The position numbers and the translations under genes were made by a program. The notes below the pieces were generated by a model. That model had not been told where the DNA came from and did not search any database. It was given only the letters and a program-made list of their open reading frames with translations. Shown here in pieces: positions 1 through 8,990 of a stretch of 38,690 nucleotides of DNA. Each line of letters begins with the position of its first letter. Positions within the stretch are counted from its first letter, which is position 1. The stretch is from an uncultured archaeon (GTDB taxonomy: Archaea; Asgardarchaeota; Hermodarchaeia; Hermodarchaeales; Hermodarchaeaceae), in NCBI GenBank assembly GCA_964347045.1, contig CAYFXC010000003.1, positions 1-38,690 of the forward strand, written 5' to 3'.

Positions 1-189
1 GATGTAATGTTGTGTCCGCATCGTTCCTCGCCCTCCCCTCGCTCCCCCTCCCTTAATTTCCCTTTTTTCAATGATACCTTCGCTTCCTTCTCTCCTTTCT
101 TAAAATTCGTTTTCGATTGCAGAATTACAAGTTAGGGGCTTTGCAGACACAAGACTCTTACATATGCAGTCGTACTGTGGTTCACTGAG

Positions 190-777
190 GTGAGGACAAT
201 CTCGAATCATTCTCAAACAGCGAAGTCAAGTACCGTTGAGGATTCTGAAAAAACTAAGTATGTTGTGAAAGCTGTAATTGTTGGTGATTGGGGAGTAGGA
301 AAAACCTGTTTAATTCGGAGGTTTGCCGAAAACAAGTTTGATCATGATTACAAACCCACTATCGGTGTCAATATTGTAACAAAGGTTATTGATGTAAAAG
401 GACGAAAACTAAAATTACAATTATTCGATACCGGGGGGCAAGAGCGATTTCAATCCCTTAGACAAAAGTATTACACTGGATCCAATGCTGTCATATTTGT
501 ATTTGATATTACGAGAGCTTCTTCTGCAGCCGCAATTGAATCTAAATGGCTAGATGAAGTAAATTCAATTTTAGGCGAAGATTATGTGAGGGTAGTTCTG
601 GCAAATAAAATTGACTTAGAATCAGAACGCCAGGTATCAGAATATGCAGCAAAACAAGCCACAGACCGAATTCGAGGAAAATATTTTGAAACAAGTGCAT
701 TAGATGGGCGAAATGTTGCCCAGGCTTTCACTGAACTTGCCACACAATTGATGCACAAACTCTTTCCTGAGGCGTAA
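190..777 (+). CDS. Rab-like small GTPase (Ras superfamily, Asgard-type, no C-terminal prenylation cysteines)
   Basis: G1 GDWGVGKT, G2 YKPTIGV, G3 DTGGQERF, G4 NKID, G5 ETSAL; RabF-like segments IGVNI, KLQLF, RFQSL, YYTGS, FVFDIT; GTG start. Confidence 0.93.
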   Translation: MRTISNHSQTAKSSTVEDSEKTKYVVKAVIVGDWGVGKTCLIRRFAENKFDHDYKPTIGVNIVTKVIDVKGRKLKLQLFDTGGQERFQSLRQKYYTGSNAVIFVFDITRASSAAAIESKWLDEVNSILGEDYVRVVLANKIDLESERQVSEYAAKQATDRIRGKYFETSALDGRNVAQAFTELATQLMHKLFPEA

Positions 778-781
778 TCCC

Positions 782-2005
782 TTGTCATCAAATGTCTATG
801 AATTAGCAGAAGATTACATACGAATGGCATTCCAAGTTGAGCATTTCCTTAAAAATCAACTTGGAGACAACATCATTGTTATCGATAATTATTTTGGTCC
901 ACCCGAATTCAAACCTACTAAAGAATTGGATGACCCTGATTCCCTCATTAAATCACTTAACATTTTACAAGGAAAGGTGAAAAAACGGATTCAGGAAAAC
1001 TTACGTAGATCATATTTGGCTAAACAATTGGATGCATTAATCCTTCTTATGAAAATTGTTCTTGACGATAAGGTCTCGTTTGAAGAAAGGGTAAGGGTCG
1101 GATTAGATATTGACCCTATCACTATATCGAGCGAACGCATCGATGAATTGAGCGCTTTAGTAGATCGCGCACTTAGAAAAGAGGTCCTGAAAGGGGATCT
1201 CACCACAATGGCCACACGATGGCAGAAGCGGGCATTGACTATTGGCGCCGAGGTCGTGCCCTTAGCACAAGAAGCGGCAATTGAAGCCCGCCGAGCCACT
1301 GAACAACTTCTCTTTAAGCTACCAGAAGAAGAATCTGTCCAGTTCCGGTCTGTCCCCAAGGCACCCTGGAGTGCTTATAATTATTATCAAGGGAATTATC
1401 AGGCAATTATTGAAATTAATATTGAATTACCCCAAAGCAAGTATAACATCTGGAAATGGGTAACACATGAGACCTATCCTGGACATCAAACCCAACTTGT
1501 CCAGCAAGAATCTGGCTACCAGCAAGGAATTCATAACCTCGAAGCAACCATAGCAATAATCAATAGCCCCGAATGCACCATTGCCGAGGGATTAGCCGAA
1601 GCTGGTACAGATATCTTGAGTGCCATTCGCCCATTAACCAGACCCGAAACTGTTTCCTCCTATTTAATGCGCCTTCGCCGTGCGGTGGGAATCAACGCTC
1701 TCGTCATGCTCCAACAAGAACAGCGTAACGAATCCGAAGTCGTTGAATACATCAAAGATCTTGGAGCTTACGAAGAAGCATACGCTAAAGCTCGTTTACC
1801 CTTTATGCAGGATCCAATGTGGGCACCTTACGGATTTACATACTTAGTAGGCGCCTGGTTGGTTTGTGGTTTTTTCAATGCCGCACAAGAAGCTCACCTT
1901 ACCGATGAGTTTGTCAAAGCACTATATTTTGAACTTCATAACCCCTCCACCCTAAAATCTCGAATTTCTGATCTTGAGCTTAAATTACCAAAGCAAATCA
2001 TCTAA
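782..2005 (+). CDS. DUF885-like putative zinc metallopeptidase
   Basis: HETYPGH metal motif followed by downstream EGLAE, the pattern of DUF885-related proteins; 4 bp after the GTPase stop; TTG start. Confidence 0.6.
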   Translation: MSSNVYELAEDYIRMAFQVEHFLKNQLGDNIIVIDNYFGPPEFKPTKELDDPDSLIKSLNILQGKVKKRIQENLRRSYLAKQLDALILLMKIVLDDKVSFEERVRVGLDIDPITISSERIDELSALVDRALRKEVLKGDLTTMATRWQKRALTIGAEVVPLAQEAAIEARRATEQLLFKLPEEESVQFRSVPKAPWSAYNYYQGNYQAIIEINIELPQSKYNIWKWVTHETYPGHQTQLVQQESGYQQGIHNLEATIAIINSPECTIAEGLAEAGTDILSAIRPLTRPETVSSYLMRLRRAVGINALVMLQQEQRNESEVVEYIKDLGAYEEAYAKARLPFMQDPMWAPYGFTYLVGAWLVCGFFNAAQEAHLTDEFVKALYFELHNPSTLKSRISDLELKLPKQII

Positions 2006-2062
2006 ACCGGAGAAGGGAAGACCCAAATAGCAGTTTTACCGTCAATTCATTTGAGGGATATC

Positions 2063-2959
2063 ATGTTTGTTCAAGGCGTCTCACCAGTAGTCAATACCTT
2101 CTTTGGGGCGCCAATAGAGCCATCAGTTGCTACGTTTATATTTGCAGGAGTGCCTTTTGACCAAACTAGTACCTATCGTCAAGGTTCAAAACAAGGACCC
2201 GCCGCTATTCGAAACGCCTCACACGTGATAGAAAGTTATTGTCTCCAAGAACAAAATAATGTTGATGCCGCACTTCTTCCAATCGCTGATATTGGTGATA
2301 TTAGTTTCGAACCCACCTCAGTCCAAAACATGCTTCGTAGTGTAGAATCAGTCATTGGGCAAATAATTCAGCATGATAAAATACCTCTCCTACTTGGTGG
2401 CGAGCATACATTAACCCTAGCTGCGGTTCGCGCGCTTCCACGCGATATTGTTCTCCTTCAGTTTGATGCCCATATGGATTTGCGCGATCGCTATCAAGAC
2501 AAAGAATTCTCTCATGCGTGTGTACAACGACGGATCGTTGAACAATTGGGCCCGGATCATTTAATCCAGATTGGTGTTAGAGCTGTATCCAAAGAAGAAT
2601 ATGATTATGCTCAAGAACAAAAAATTACGTTTTATACCTGTGATGATATTCGAAAAGAAGGTGTTAACAAGATAGCTCAACGAATTAACGACGCCATTCC
2701 GCCTGGACCGCCCATTTACCTCTCAGTTGATATGGATGTTTTAGATCCCGCTTTTGCTCCTGCGGTTGGAAACCCAGAAGCCGGTGGAATATCTACTTCC
2801 GAACTCCTAACTATCCTTCGGGTTATCGCCCCTCGAGCAATGATTTTTGATATTACCGAAGTTGCACCACAATATGACAAGGGGATAACCGCAATTGCGG
2901 CTGCTCGAATTGTTACAACATTTCTCTGTGTTCAGGCAAAACGCCTTAACCAAATGTAA
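2063..2959 (+). CDS. speB: agmatinase (ureohydrolase family)
   Basis: GVPFD, GP..IR, GGEHT, DAHMDLRD, SVDMDVLDPAFAPAVGNPEAGG motifs; ATG at 2063 chosen over TTG at 2051. Confidence 0.9.
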   Translation: MFVQGVSPVVNTFFGAPIEPSVATFIFAGVPFDQTSTYRQGSKQGPAAIRNASHVIESYCLQEQNNVDAALLPIADIGDISFEPTSVQNMLRSVESVIGQIIQHDKIPLLLGGEHTLTLAAVRALPRDIVLLQFDAHMDLRDRYQDKEFSHACVQRRIVEQLGPDHLIQIGVRAVSKEEYDYAQEQKITFYTCDDIRKEGVNKIAQRINDAIPPGPPIYLSVDMDVLDPAFAPAVGNPEAGGISTSELLTILRVIAPRAMIFDITEVAPQYDKGITAIAAARIVTTFLCVQAKRLNQM

Positions 2960-3072
2960 TCAAAATAACGATTTCAATAAACTAATCTGGCGTCTAGCCT
3001 GCAACCTCGTTTAGGAAAAACCTTAAAGTCCTAAACTGTAGGAGCTGACCATGCATTCGCTGGTGAAATTTG

Positions 3073-4086
3073 ATGGCTGATATTTTGCAGGTGTTGGGAA
3101 CGCTTGGGTCGCAAGTGGATGAGAAAATGCATGAGCTTCTTGCCATAAATGCTTCAAAAGATTTCCAAGAAGTAGTTTTTCATCAGATTCAGGCTGGAGG
3201 AAAACGCATCCGCCCCGCACTGACTCTTCTGTTCTGTCAGGCCACAGGCGGAACAACCGAGGAAGCTTTATCATCTGCTGCGGCAGTCGAGCTAACACAT
3301 AACTACTCTCTCATTCTTGACGATATCATAGACGATGCTGATATTCGGCGCAATCTTCCAACGACATGGAAAAAATATGGTCTTAACTTTGGCATTCTGG
3401 CTTCAACACATTACCGTGAAGCAATCGAGGAAGGCTCCCTTCAGTCTCCTAACCATTTGGCAATCTCTCGGATTATTGCCGATACGATTCGTGAACTAAT
3501 TGAAGGGGAGCGGCTGGATGTGCTATTCGAACAATTACCGAGTGATGAAGATTATACTGAAAAGCATAGATTCCGTGATGTCACTTTAGTTGACTACGAA
3601 ACCATGATTGGCTATAAAACAGCGGCATTAATTCGGGCGGCATGTGAAATTGGGGTTATTTGCACTGGGGGTTCAAGAAATTTACAAAAAGCTGCACGGG
3701 AATTTGGATGGAAAGCTGGCATCGCGTTCCAAATGGCGGATGATGTGCTCGACCTTTTCGCTGAAGAAGCAAAGCTTGGTAAGAAATTAGGCAAGGATAT
3801 TTATGAGCACAAACTTGGCAACATTGTCATTTTATATGCTCTCCCGCTACTTTCCCCTAAAAAGCGTGCTTTTGTGCTCAATGTTCTTCGTTCAGCAACT
3901 CCTACAGAATCTAATGTTGGTAAAGTGATAACCCTCCTCAAACAAACTACAGCTAGTGAAACCGTCCAAAAGAAAGCAAAGCAACTCGTTAACGATGCAA
4001 AAAAAGCACTTAAGGCTTTTCCAAACAAAAAAGCAACTAAACTACTTGAAGCACTTGTTGACTTTATCTATCAACGCTCTTTCTAA
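3073..4086 (+). CDS. idsA: geranylgeranyl diphosphate synthase (short-chain isoprenyl diphosphate synthase)
   Basis: GGKRIRP, FARM DDIIDD..RR with aromatic Tyr five residues upstream, KTAAL, SARM DDVLD, GKDI. Confidence 0.88.
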   Translation: MADILQVLGTLGSQVDEKMHELLAINASKDFQEVVFHQIQAGGKRIRPALTLLFCQATGGTTEEALSSAAAVELTHNYSLILDDIIDDADIRRNLPTTWKKYGLNFGILASTHYREAIEEGSLQSPNHLAISRIIADTIRELIEGERLDVLFEQLPSDEDYTEKHRFRDVTLVDYETMIGYKTAALIRAACEIGVICTGGSRNLQKAAREFGWKAGIAFQMADDVLDLFAEEAKLGKKLGKDIYEHKLGNIVILYALPLLSPKKRAFVLNVLRSATPTESNVGKVITLLKQTTASETVQKKAKQLVNDAKKALKAFPNKKATKLLEALVDFIYQRSF

Positions 4087-4102
4087 CGGATCAATAACTC
4101 GT

Positions 4103-5011
4103 TTATTCTAATCCATCAGTTTCCATTAGAGCACGAAGCTCATCCATACTGAGCTTTTGACCCGCCAGTTGTTTTGCTCGCGCTTGTTCGGCTAATTTCT
4201 CAATTGCCACCTTTTCTCGTTCTTGACGAGAAGTTATGCGCTCCTTTCGAATGGCATCTAATTGAGTTTTTAGCTTTCTTTCTTGGTCTTGCAATACTTC
4301 TAACCGGTTTCGCATTTCATCTGTCTCTTGAAGGCATTTGACATACATCTGATGTGCTTCATCAATCTCCGTTCGTGCAGGACCGAGACCCTGTGATAAA
4401 TCAACGATGCTTTGATGGGTTTGTTGGGCTTCGTCTACAAGTGCAATCATTTTTTCGTGATGTGATTGGGCTCTATTTCGAATATCTTGTATCTTCTGCC
4501 ACAATTGATGCATTTCATCAGATTGATTCATCAGCGTCGACTCATTTTTTGGCGTAGTTTCAATTGCTTTTGATAGCCTTTCCATTTCATCTAATAATTC
4601 CCGTTCTTCATCAACAGTTAGTGAAGTCGTTTGTTGTTTCCATTCTAATTCCTGAAATTGCCGCTGTAACTCCTTTAATGGCACATAATCCCTCTGGTTA
4701 TCCCGCTGTGTGCGTAACTCTTGGAGTTGTTCTTGTAGCAATTGGATCTCCTCATTTGCTTCATCTCGCAGCTTTTTTTGTCGTTGAACTTCAGCGTTAA
4801 GTTCATCTCTTTTTGCACGTTGATTGGACATTTCTTCATGAACAACAGGAGTTTCAGATCGTAATTCGTCTCTTCTGGTACGCCATTCCCAAGCTTTTTT
4901 CCGCATATCTTTGATGGCACGTATCAATACGCGCGTCGCCGCTTGCACCTTTCGTACCTGTTCAAGGATAACCCCAAACTCATCTTTTTCAGAGGTCGAA
5001 TTTCCTGCCAT
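4103..5011 (-). CDS. archaeal coiled-coil protein (COG1340-like)
   Basis: Heptad-rich E/Q/K/R composition; signature LEWKQQTTSLTVDEERELL and C-terminal KLSMDELRALME. Confidence 0.75.
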   Translation of the reverse strand: MAGNSTSEKDEFGVILEQVRKVQAATRVLIRAIKDMRKKAWEWRTRRDELRSETPVVHEEMSNQRAKRDELNAEVQRQKKLRDEANEEIQLLQEQLQELRTQRDNQRDYVPLKELQRQFQELEWKQQTTSLTVDEERELLDEMERLSKAIETTPKNESTLMNQSDEMHQLWQKIQDIRNRAQSHHEKMIALVDEAQQTHQSIVDLSQGLGPARTEIDEAHQMYVKCLQETDEMRNRLEVLQDQERKLKTQLDAIRKERITSRQEREKVAIEKLAEQARAKQLAGQKLSMDELRALMETDGLE

Positions 5012-5121
5012 AATATCCACGGTATAATTGGTTATATGTTACAAAGTTCTTGTAGCACAGAACTGCCCCGCCTAAATCTTTTTGGTCTCATAAACAAGAA
5101 CTTCTAAAAGGTGATAGATAA

Positions 5122-6270
5122 TTGGCGCTACCCTTGTTGAACATGGACAACAAAATCCAACTCGTCCGACAATACATGAAAGATTCCAACTTAGATGCTT
5201 GGCTAATCATTGATTTCAGAGGAATAGATCCTACCGGCACAGCACTACTTGGTGACTTAACACCCCGTTCACGGTTATATGCCATCCTTATCACCAACTC
5301 CGATCCCATTATCATTATCAAATCTCCTGTTGAAAGCAATGAGTTGATCGATATTCACCCATCTATCCAAACCATTGATGCTCGAACCCAAGCATCCTTC
5401 GTACAGTCTATAAAAGAACAGACAAAGGAACTTGAACACATAGCGTTAAACTATGGAAAGAACCCTCAAACCGATGTTCTCACAACTGGTCGATACATTC
5501 GTCTCCAACAGGCAATTCCAAATGTGATCTGGAAAACCGGTGAAAATCTGATGCAAATAATTCACTCAGTGCTTACACCGGAACAGATGACTAGCCACAA
5601 ACGTGCTGCTAAGACATTAACTAAGATTATGCAACAAACTTTCGACTTTGTTAAAGATCAAGTTGGATCCATAACAGAGAACCAAGTTGCTAAATTCATG
5701 CACGATTTGCTTGGTAAAGAAAAATTGAGTTTCATAGAAGGTCCTATTGTCGCAGTACAAGCCAATGCTGCAAATCCGCACTATACGTCAGGCGACATTC
5801 CTATTAAAAAGAACCAATTACTCATGATAGATCTTTGGGCAAAATATGAAATATATGCAGATATTACACACATGGCTTTCACAGGTTCACATGTTCCTTC
5901 TGAAATTCAATCTGTCTGGAATACTATTGTCGAAGCTCGAGAGGTAGCAAAAGCTGCTATCAAACCGAACATCCCTGCTCGGGTTCCGGATGAACTGGCT
6001 CGACAAATTATAATTGCGGCTGGTTTTGAAGAGGGCATATTACATCGCACAGGACACAGCATCGATGTACTGTCGCATGGAAAGGGCGCTAATTTAGACA
6101 GTTATGAGATGCCTGAAACGAGACTGTTACTCCCTAATACTTTGACCTCTGTCGAACCTGGGATCTATCTGAAAGGGCGATTTGGGGTCCGAAGTGAAAT
6201 TAACGTCGCAGTAACAAAATCAGGGTATCAGGTCACAACCCCTCCACAAGAAAGCTTATTGTGCTTGTAG
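5122..6270 (+). CDS. Xaa-Pro aminopeptidase, M24 family
   Basis: ANPHY, MIDLWAK, YADIT, HRTGHSI, SVEPGIY, GVRSE metal-ligand motifs; start could be ATG 5143. Confidence 0.88.
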   Translation: MALPLLNMDNKIQLVRQYMKDSNLDAWLIIDFRGIDPTGTALLGDLTPRSRLYAILITNSDPIIIIKSPVESNELIDIHPSIQTIDARTQASFVQSIKEQTKELEHIALNYGKNPQTDVLTTGRYIRLQQAIPNVIWKTGENLMQIIHSVLTPEQMTSHKRAAKTLTKIMQQTFDFVKDQVGSITENQVAKFMHDLLGKEKLSFIEGPIVAVQANAANPHYTSGDIPIKKNQLLMIDLWAKYEIYADITHMAFTGSHVPSEIQSVWNTIVEAREVAKAAIKPNIPARVPDELARQIIIAAGFEEGILHRTGHSIDVLSHGKGANLDSYEMPETRLLLPNTLTSVEPGIYLKGRFGVRSEINVAVTKSGYQVTTPPQESLLCL

Positions 6271-6327
6271 AGTAATAAAGAAAAGTGATTTGTTATTCGG
6301 AAATTGCAGCTAGCGGGGTAATTAACT

Positions 6328-7095
6328 ATGGCTGACAAATTTGTTTTACTTCTCGAGTTTTCCTCAGGAATTATCGAACCATTGCCCTTATCAACTGAAG
6401 CTCTAACAGAAGACCGAATAGTGATAGCTATTGATGAGTTAAAAGAACGTGTGTGGTTATGGCAAGGGGGTACAACCACTCTTGTTGAACGCCGTGCAGC
6501 CCAACGAAAAGCGCGGTCACTTGTTAGCGCAGGTTATCAGCTTGGTCCGTATAGAATTGGGCGAGATGTTACCAGTATTGAAATTATTGATGGAGAAATC
6601 CTAGACGATCCCGAAATCAAAGGATACTATGACCAATTAATTCACACGCTAAGTCAACAGTTTAAAATCACAGAAGGTGTACTCGGCCGATTTAGTGGAA
6701 CACCTTCTACGGCTCCTCCGCCAGCTGAACCCGCTCCTTCCAAAGCGCCTGCTGAAAAAACCATCGTGCCTACAGAAACGGTAGCTGAAGAAGCTCCAGC
6801 CAAATCTAGCTCCGAAATCATTGCTCCACAACCCTCCCGTGATTTACAAGATCTTGGAGTGATTCGGGTCGGGATTCTCATCTCTTCAATTCTTGACTTT
6901 TTTCCAATGTGCTACGTTAGTGCTACAAAAATTGAAGATGGCACTCGCTACTCAATAGAAGATCCAGATGGTATCATTTGTCAAGTCGAGGTCAGTCAAA
7001 GTTCGGTTCACTTTCTACAGCGATATGATTTTCGCGGAAGACGAAGTGATATACTTGGTCTTCTTCGTGACCGACTAGCCGCTGCAGACCTTTAG
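6328..7095 (+). CDS. gelsolin-like domain protein 1 (N-terminal gelsolin-like domain, P/A/E-rich linker, unknown C-domain)
   Basis: IVIAIDE..RVWLWQG....VERRAAQRKARSL matches the gelsolin repeat core (hydrophobic strand-D, W-x-G strand, long helix). Confidence 0.7.
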   Translation: MADKFVLLLEFSSGIIEPLPLSTEALTEDRIVIAIDELKERVWLWQGGTTTLVERRAAQRKARSLVSAGYQLGPYRIGRDVTSIEIIDGEILDDPEIKGYYDQLIHTLSQQFKITEGVLGRFSGTPSTAPPPAEPAPSKAPAEKTIVPTETVAEEAPAKSSSEIIAPQPSRDLQDLGVIRVGILISSILDFFPMCYVSATKIEDGTRYSIEDPDGIICQVEVSQSSVHFLQRYDFRGRRSDILGLLRDRLAAADL

Positions 7096-7299
7096 CATAC
7101 CAAGATTATCCTTTTTTTGCAAAAACTATATTAGATATTCTCGCCGGTGCATGTGCAGAGTCAACTTAATAAATGCGGTTACAAATTCTAAAGCAGATTT
7201 TGACAAAAACGCTTCTCCTCCCATGGTTTGGTGATGAATAAACTGTCAGAGTCGTTTCAAAAAATGTGTTTCTAACTCAATATAACCTAACGGAGTATA

Positions 7300-8028
7300 A
7301 TGCAGATGACACGGCTGGTAATGTTAGAAATTGGTGGCTTAGGTTTTGTCCGATCAATTCGTCCTGGTGCTAAAAAACTACGGGGTGATGTTTGTGTCGC
7401 TGTCGTTGATGAGCAAAATAACGCTCTTTGGTTTTGGATGGGCAGTGGAGTTCAATACGATAAACGACGAACAGCTAAGGCAAAAGCGGAACAAATCACC
7501 ACGGAAGGTCAACGAATCGGGGATGAAACCTTTGGACGCGGATATTCCCTTATTCTTCTCGACCAAGACAGCCTAGAAGATCCAACCACATCAAACAACT
7601 ACAATAATCTCATCGCTTTGTTGGAATCTCCAATGGAAATCAGTATCGTGCCAAATCCTAAAGGAACACTCATTGTGGGTCTCCTTCAAGGAACCGCTCC
7701 CTCGGCTCCTGTGCTCACAAGTGATCCTGCCGCTGCAGAAACTACAGCTCCACAAGAACCCGCTACACCAATTAAGCCCACATCAACCAAAAAGGCGACC
7801 AAACTTGATTTTGAAGCGGCTTTAATGGCAATCATTCGAGTTCATCATCAGGTCCATATCGAATACCGTAGCAAAGGCGATACAGAAGAAGTTTCCATCG
7901 AAAGCATCGATGGTCTCACTCACAAGATGAAAAGAAGCAAAGGCAAACTAACCTTTAAATGGGATTCTAAAACTCCTAAAGAGTATAAACAATTGGTCGC
8001 ACAAGAACTCAAAAACCTCGCCGGCTAA
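7300..8028 (+). CDS. gelsolin-like domain protein 2
   Basis: GDVCVAVVDE..ALWFWMGSG..YDKRRTAKAKAEQI; P/A/T-rich linker; alignable by eye to 6328..7095 at both ends. Confidence 0.72.
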   Translation: MQMTRLVMLEIGGLGFVRSIRPGAKKLRGDVCVAVVDEQNNALWFWMGSGVQYDKRRTAKAKAEQITTEGQRIGDETFGRGYSLILLDQDSLEDPTTSNNYNNLIALLESPMEISIVPNPKGTLIVGLLQGTAPSAPVLTSDPAAAETTAPQEPATPIKPTSTKKATKLDFEAALMAIIRVHHQVHIEYRSKGDTEEVSIESIDGLTHKMKRSKGKLTFKWDSKTPKEYKQLVAQELKNLAG

Positions 8029-8055
8029 TCCATCATTGAACACGGGCACGAGATA

Positions 8056-8628
8056 ATGAGCTCACTTTTTTTTGCGTTTACATTGATACTGTCATACTCA
8101 TTCATTGGTGCAGGTATCAAACTTCTTGACCAAGCTGCAGATCATCCAAATGGATTCCAGTCACACCAAACATTGCTTTGGTTGGTGACAGTCACGCTTG
8201 TAGTTCTTGTAAATCTCTGGGTCTACTATGATCTTTTCACTGCCGCCCTCGCCATAGGAATAATCATGGGATTAGTTGTCACCCGTAAAGTTAACAACAA
8301 TTATTTCTTTGTCCTAACCTTCGCCATATTACCTCTCAGTATTTTTCGAATCATTGACTTTGTTAACTTATTTTTCATTCTTCAGACAATCATCATAATC
8401 TTTCTTGCTTCAATAATAGATGAGTTACTCCACTCAACGGCCTCCAAGATTCAGTCCCCTCTCTTTCGTTGGATAATTGCTCGTCGTCCATTGTTGAAAA
8501 TCGTTGTACTAATACTACCTTTCTTTGGTTTATTGACCTTTATCCATACCATTGCATTCTGGGGCTTTGATTTTGCCTATGATTTCGTAACTCACTATTT
8601 TCGCGCCGCTCGTTTATCAATCAAATAA
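8056..8628 (+). CDS. polytopic membrane protein of unknown function
   Basis: About 5-6 hydrophobic segments; GAGIKLLDQAAD and IIDE polar motifs next to the membrane segments. Confidence 0.65.
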   Translation: MSSLFFAFTLILSYSFIGAGIKLLDQAADHPNGFQSHQTLLWLVTVTLVVLVNLWVYYDLFTAALAIGIIMGLVVTRKVNNNYFFVLTFAILPLSIFRIIDFVNLFFILQTIIIIFLASIIDELLHSTASKIQSPLFRWIIARRPLLKIVVLILPFFGLLTFIHTIAFWGFDFAYDFVTHYFRAARLSIK

Positions 8629-8675
8629 ATTTTTTCAGGCTAAGCAACTTGAACAAGTCGCCAAAGGCTATTTTG

Positions 8676-8687
8676 GAAAGGTTTAAG
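8676..8687 (+). promoter_or_regulatory. putative BRE/TATA promoter of 8731..8973
   Basis: GAAAGGTTTAAG about 45 bp upstream of the ATG; SD-like GAGGT just before the start. Confidence 0.5.
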
Positions 8688-8730
8688 TCGGCTCAATTGC
8701 CAAAGAACTACACGTAAGTGAGGTTTAATC

Positions 8731-8973
8731 ATGAAAGCAAACATTTCGCTTTCTTACAGAGGTTCCACTCGCGAAGAAAATGCGACAAAAACCGGTTGGA
8801 TTAATCTGCTTCTCAACCAACATGGACGAATAATTAGCAAATTACCTCTGGGAGATGGACGATACCATTTTGTCATTGAACTTGATGATCTCGAACGGTT
8901 CACCCAATCGCTTTTTGAATTCACCCGACAAAATCCATGGTTACGTGTGGAAAAAGTCTCAACCCATGCCTAA
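8731..8973 (+). CDS. small hypothetical protein, possibly ACT/ferredoxin-like fold
   Basis: 80 aa ORF filling an intergenic gap, with promoter and SD; beta-alpha-beta-beta-alpha-beta hydrophobic pattern. Confidence 0.6.
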   Translation: MKANISLSYRGSTREENATKTGWINLLLNQHGRIISKLPLGDGRYHFVIELDDLERFTQSLFEFTRQNPWLRVEKVSTHA

Positions 8974-8990
8974 AACCTACCTACAGTTTT

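Noticed and set aside
4103-5020. Coiled-coil protein as an SMC, ESCRT-III or intermediate-filament-like eukaryotic signature
   Set aside because: No ATPase or Snf7 motifs; it matches the widespread archaeal COG1340 pattern.
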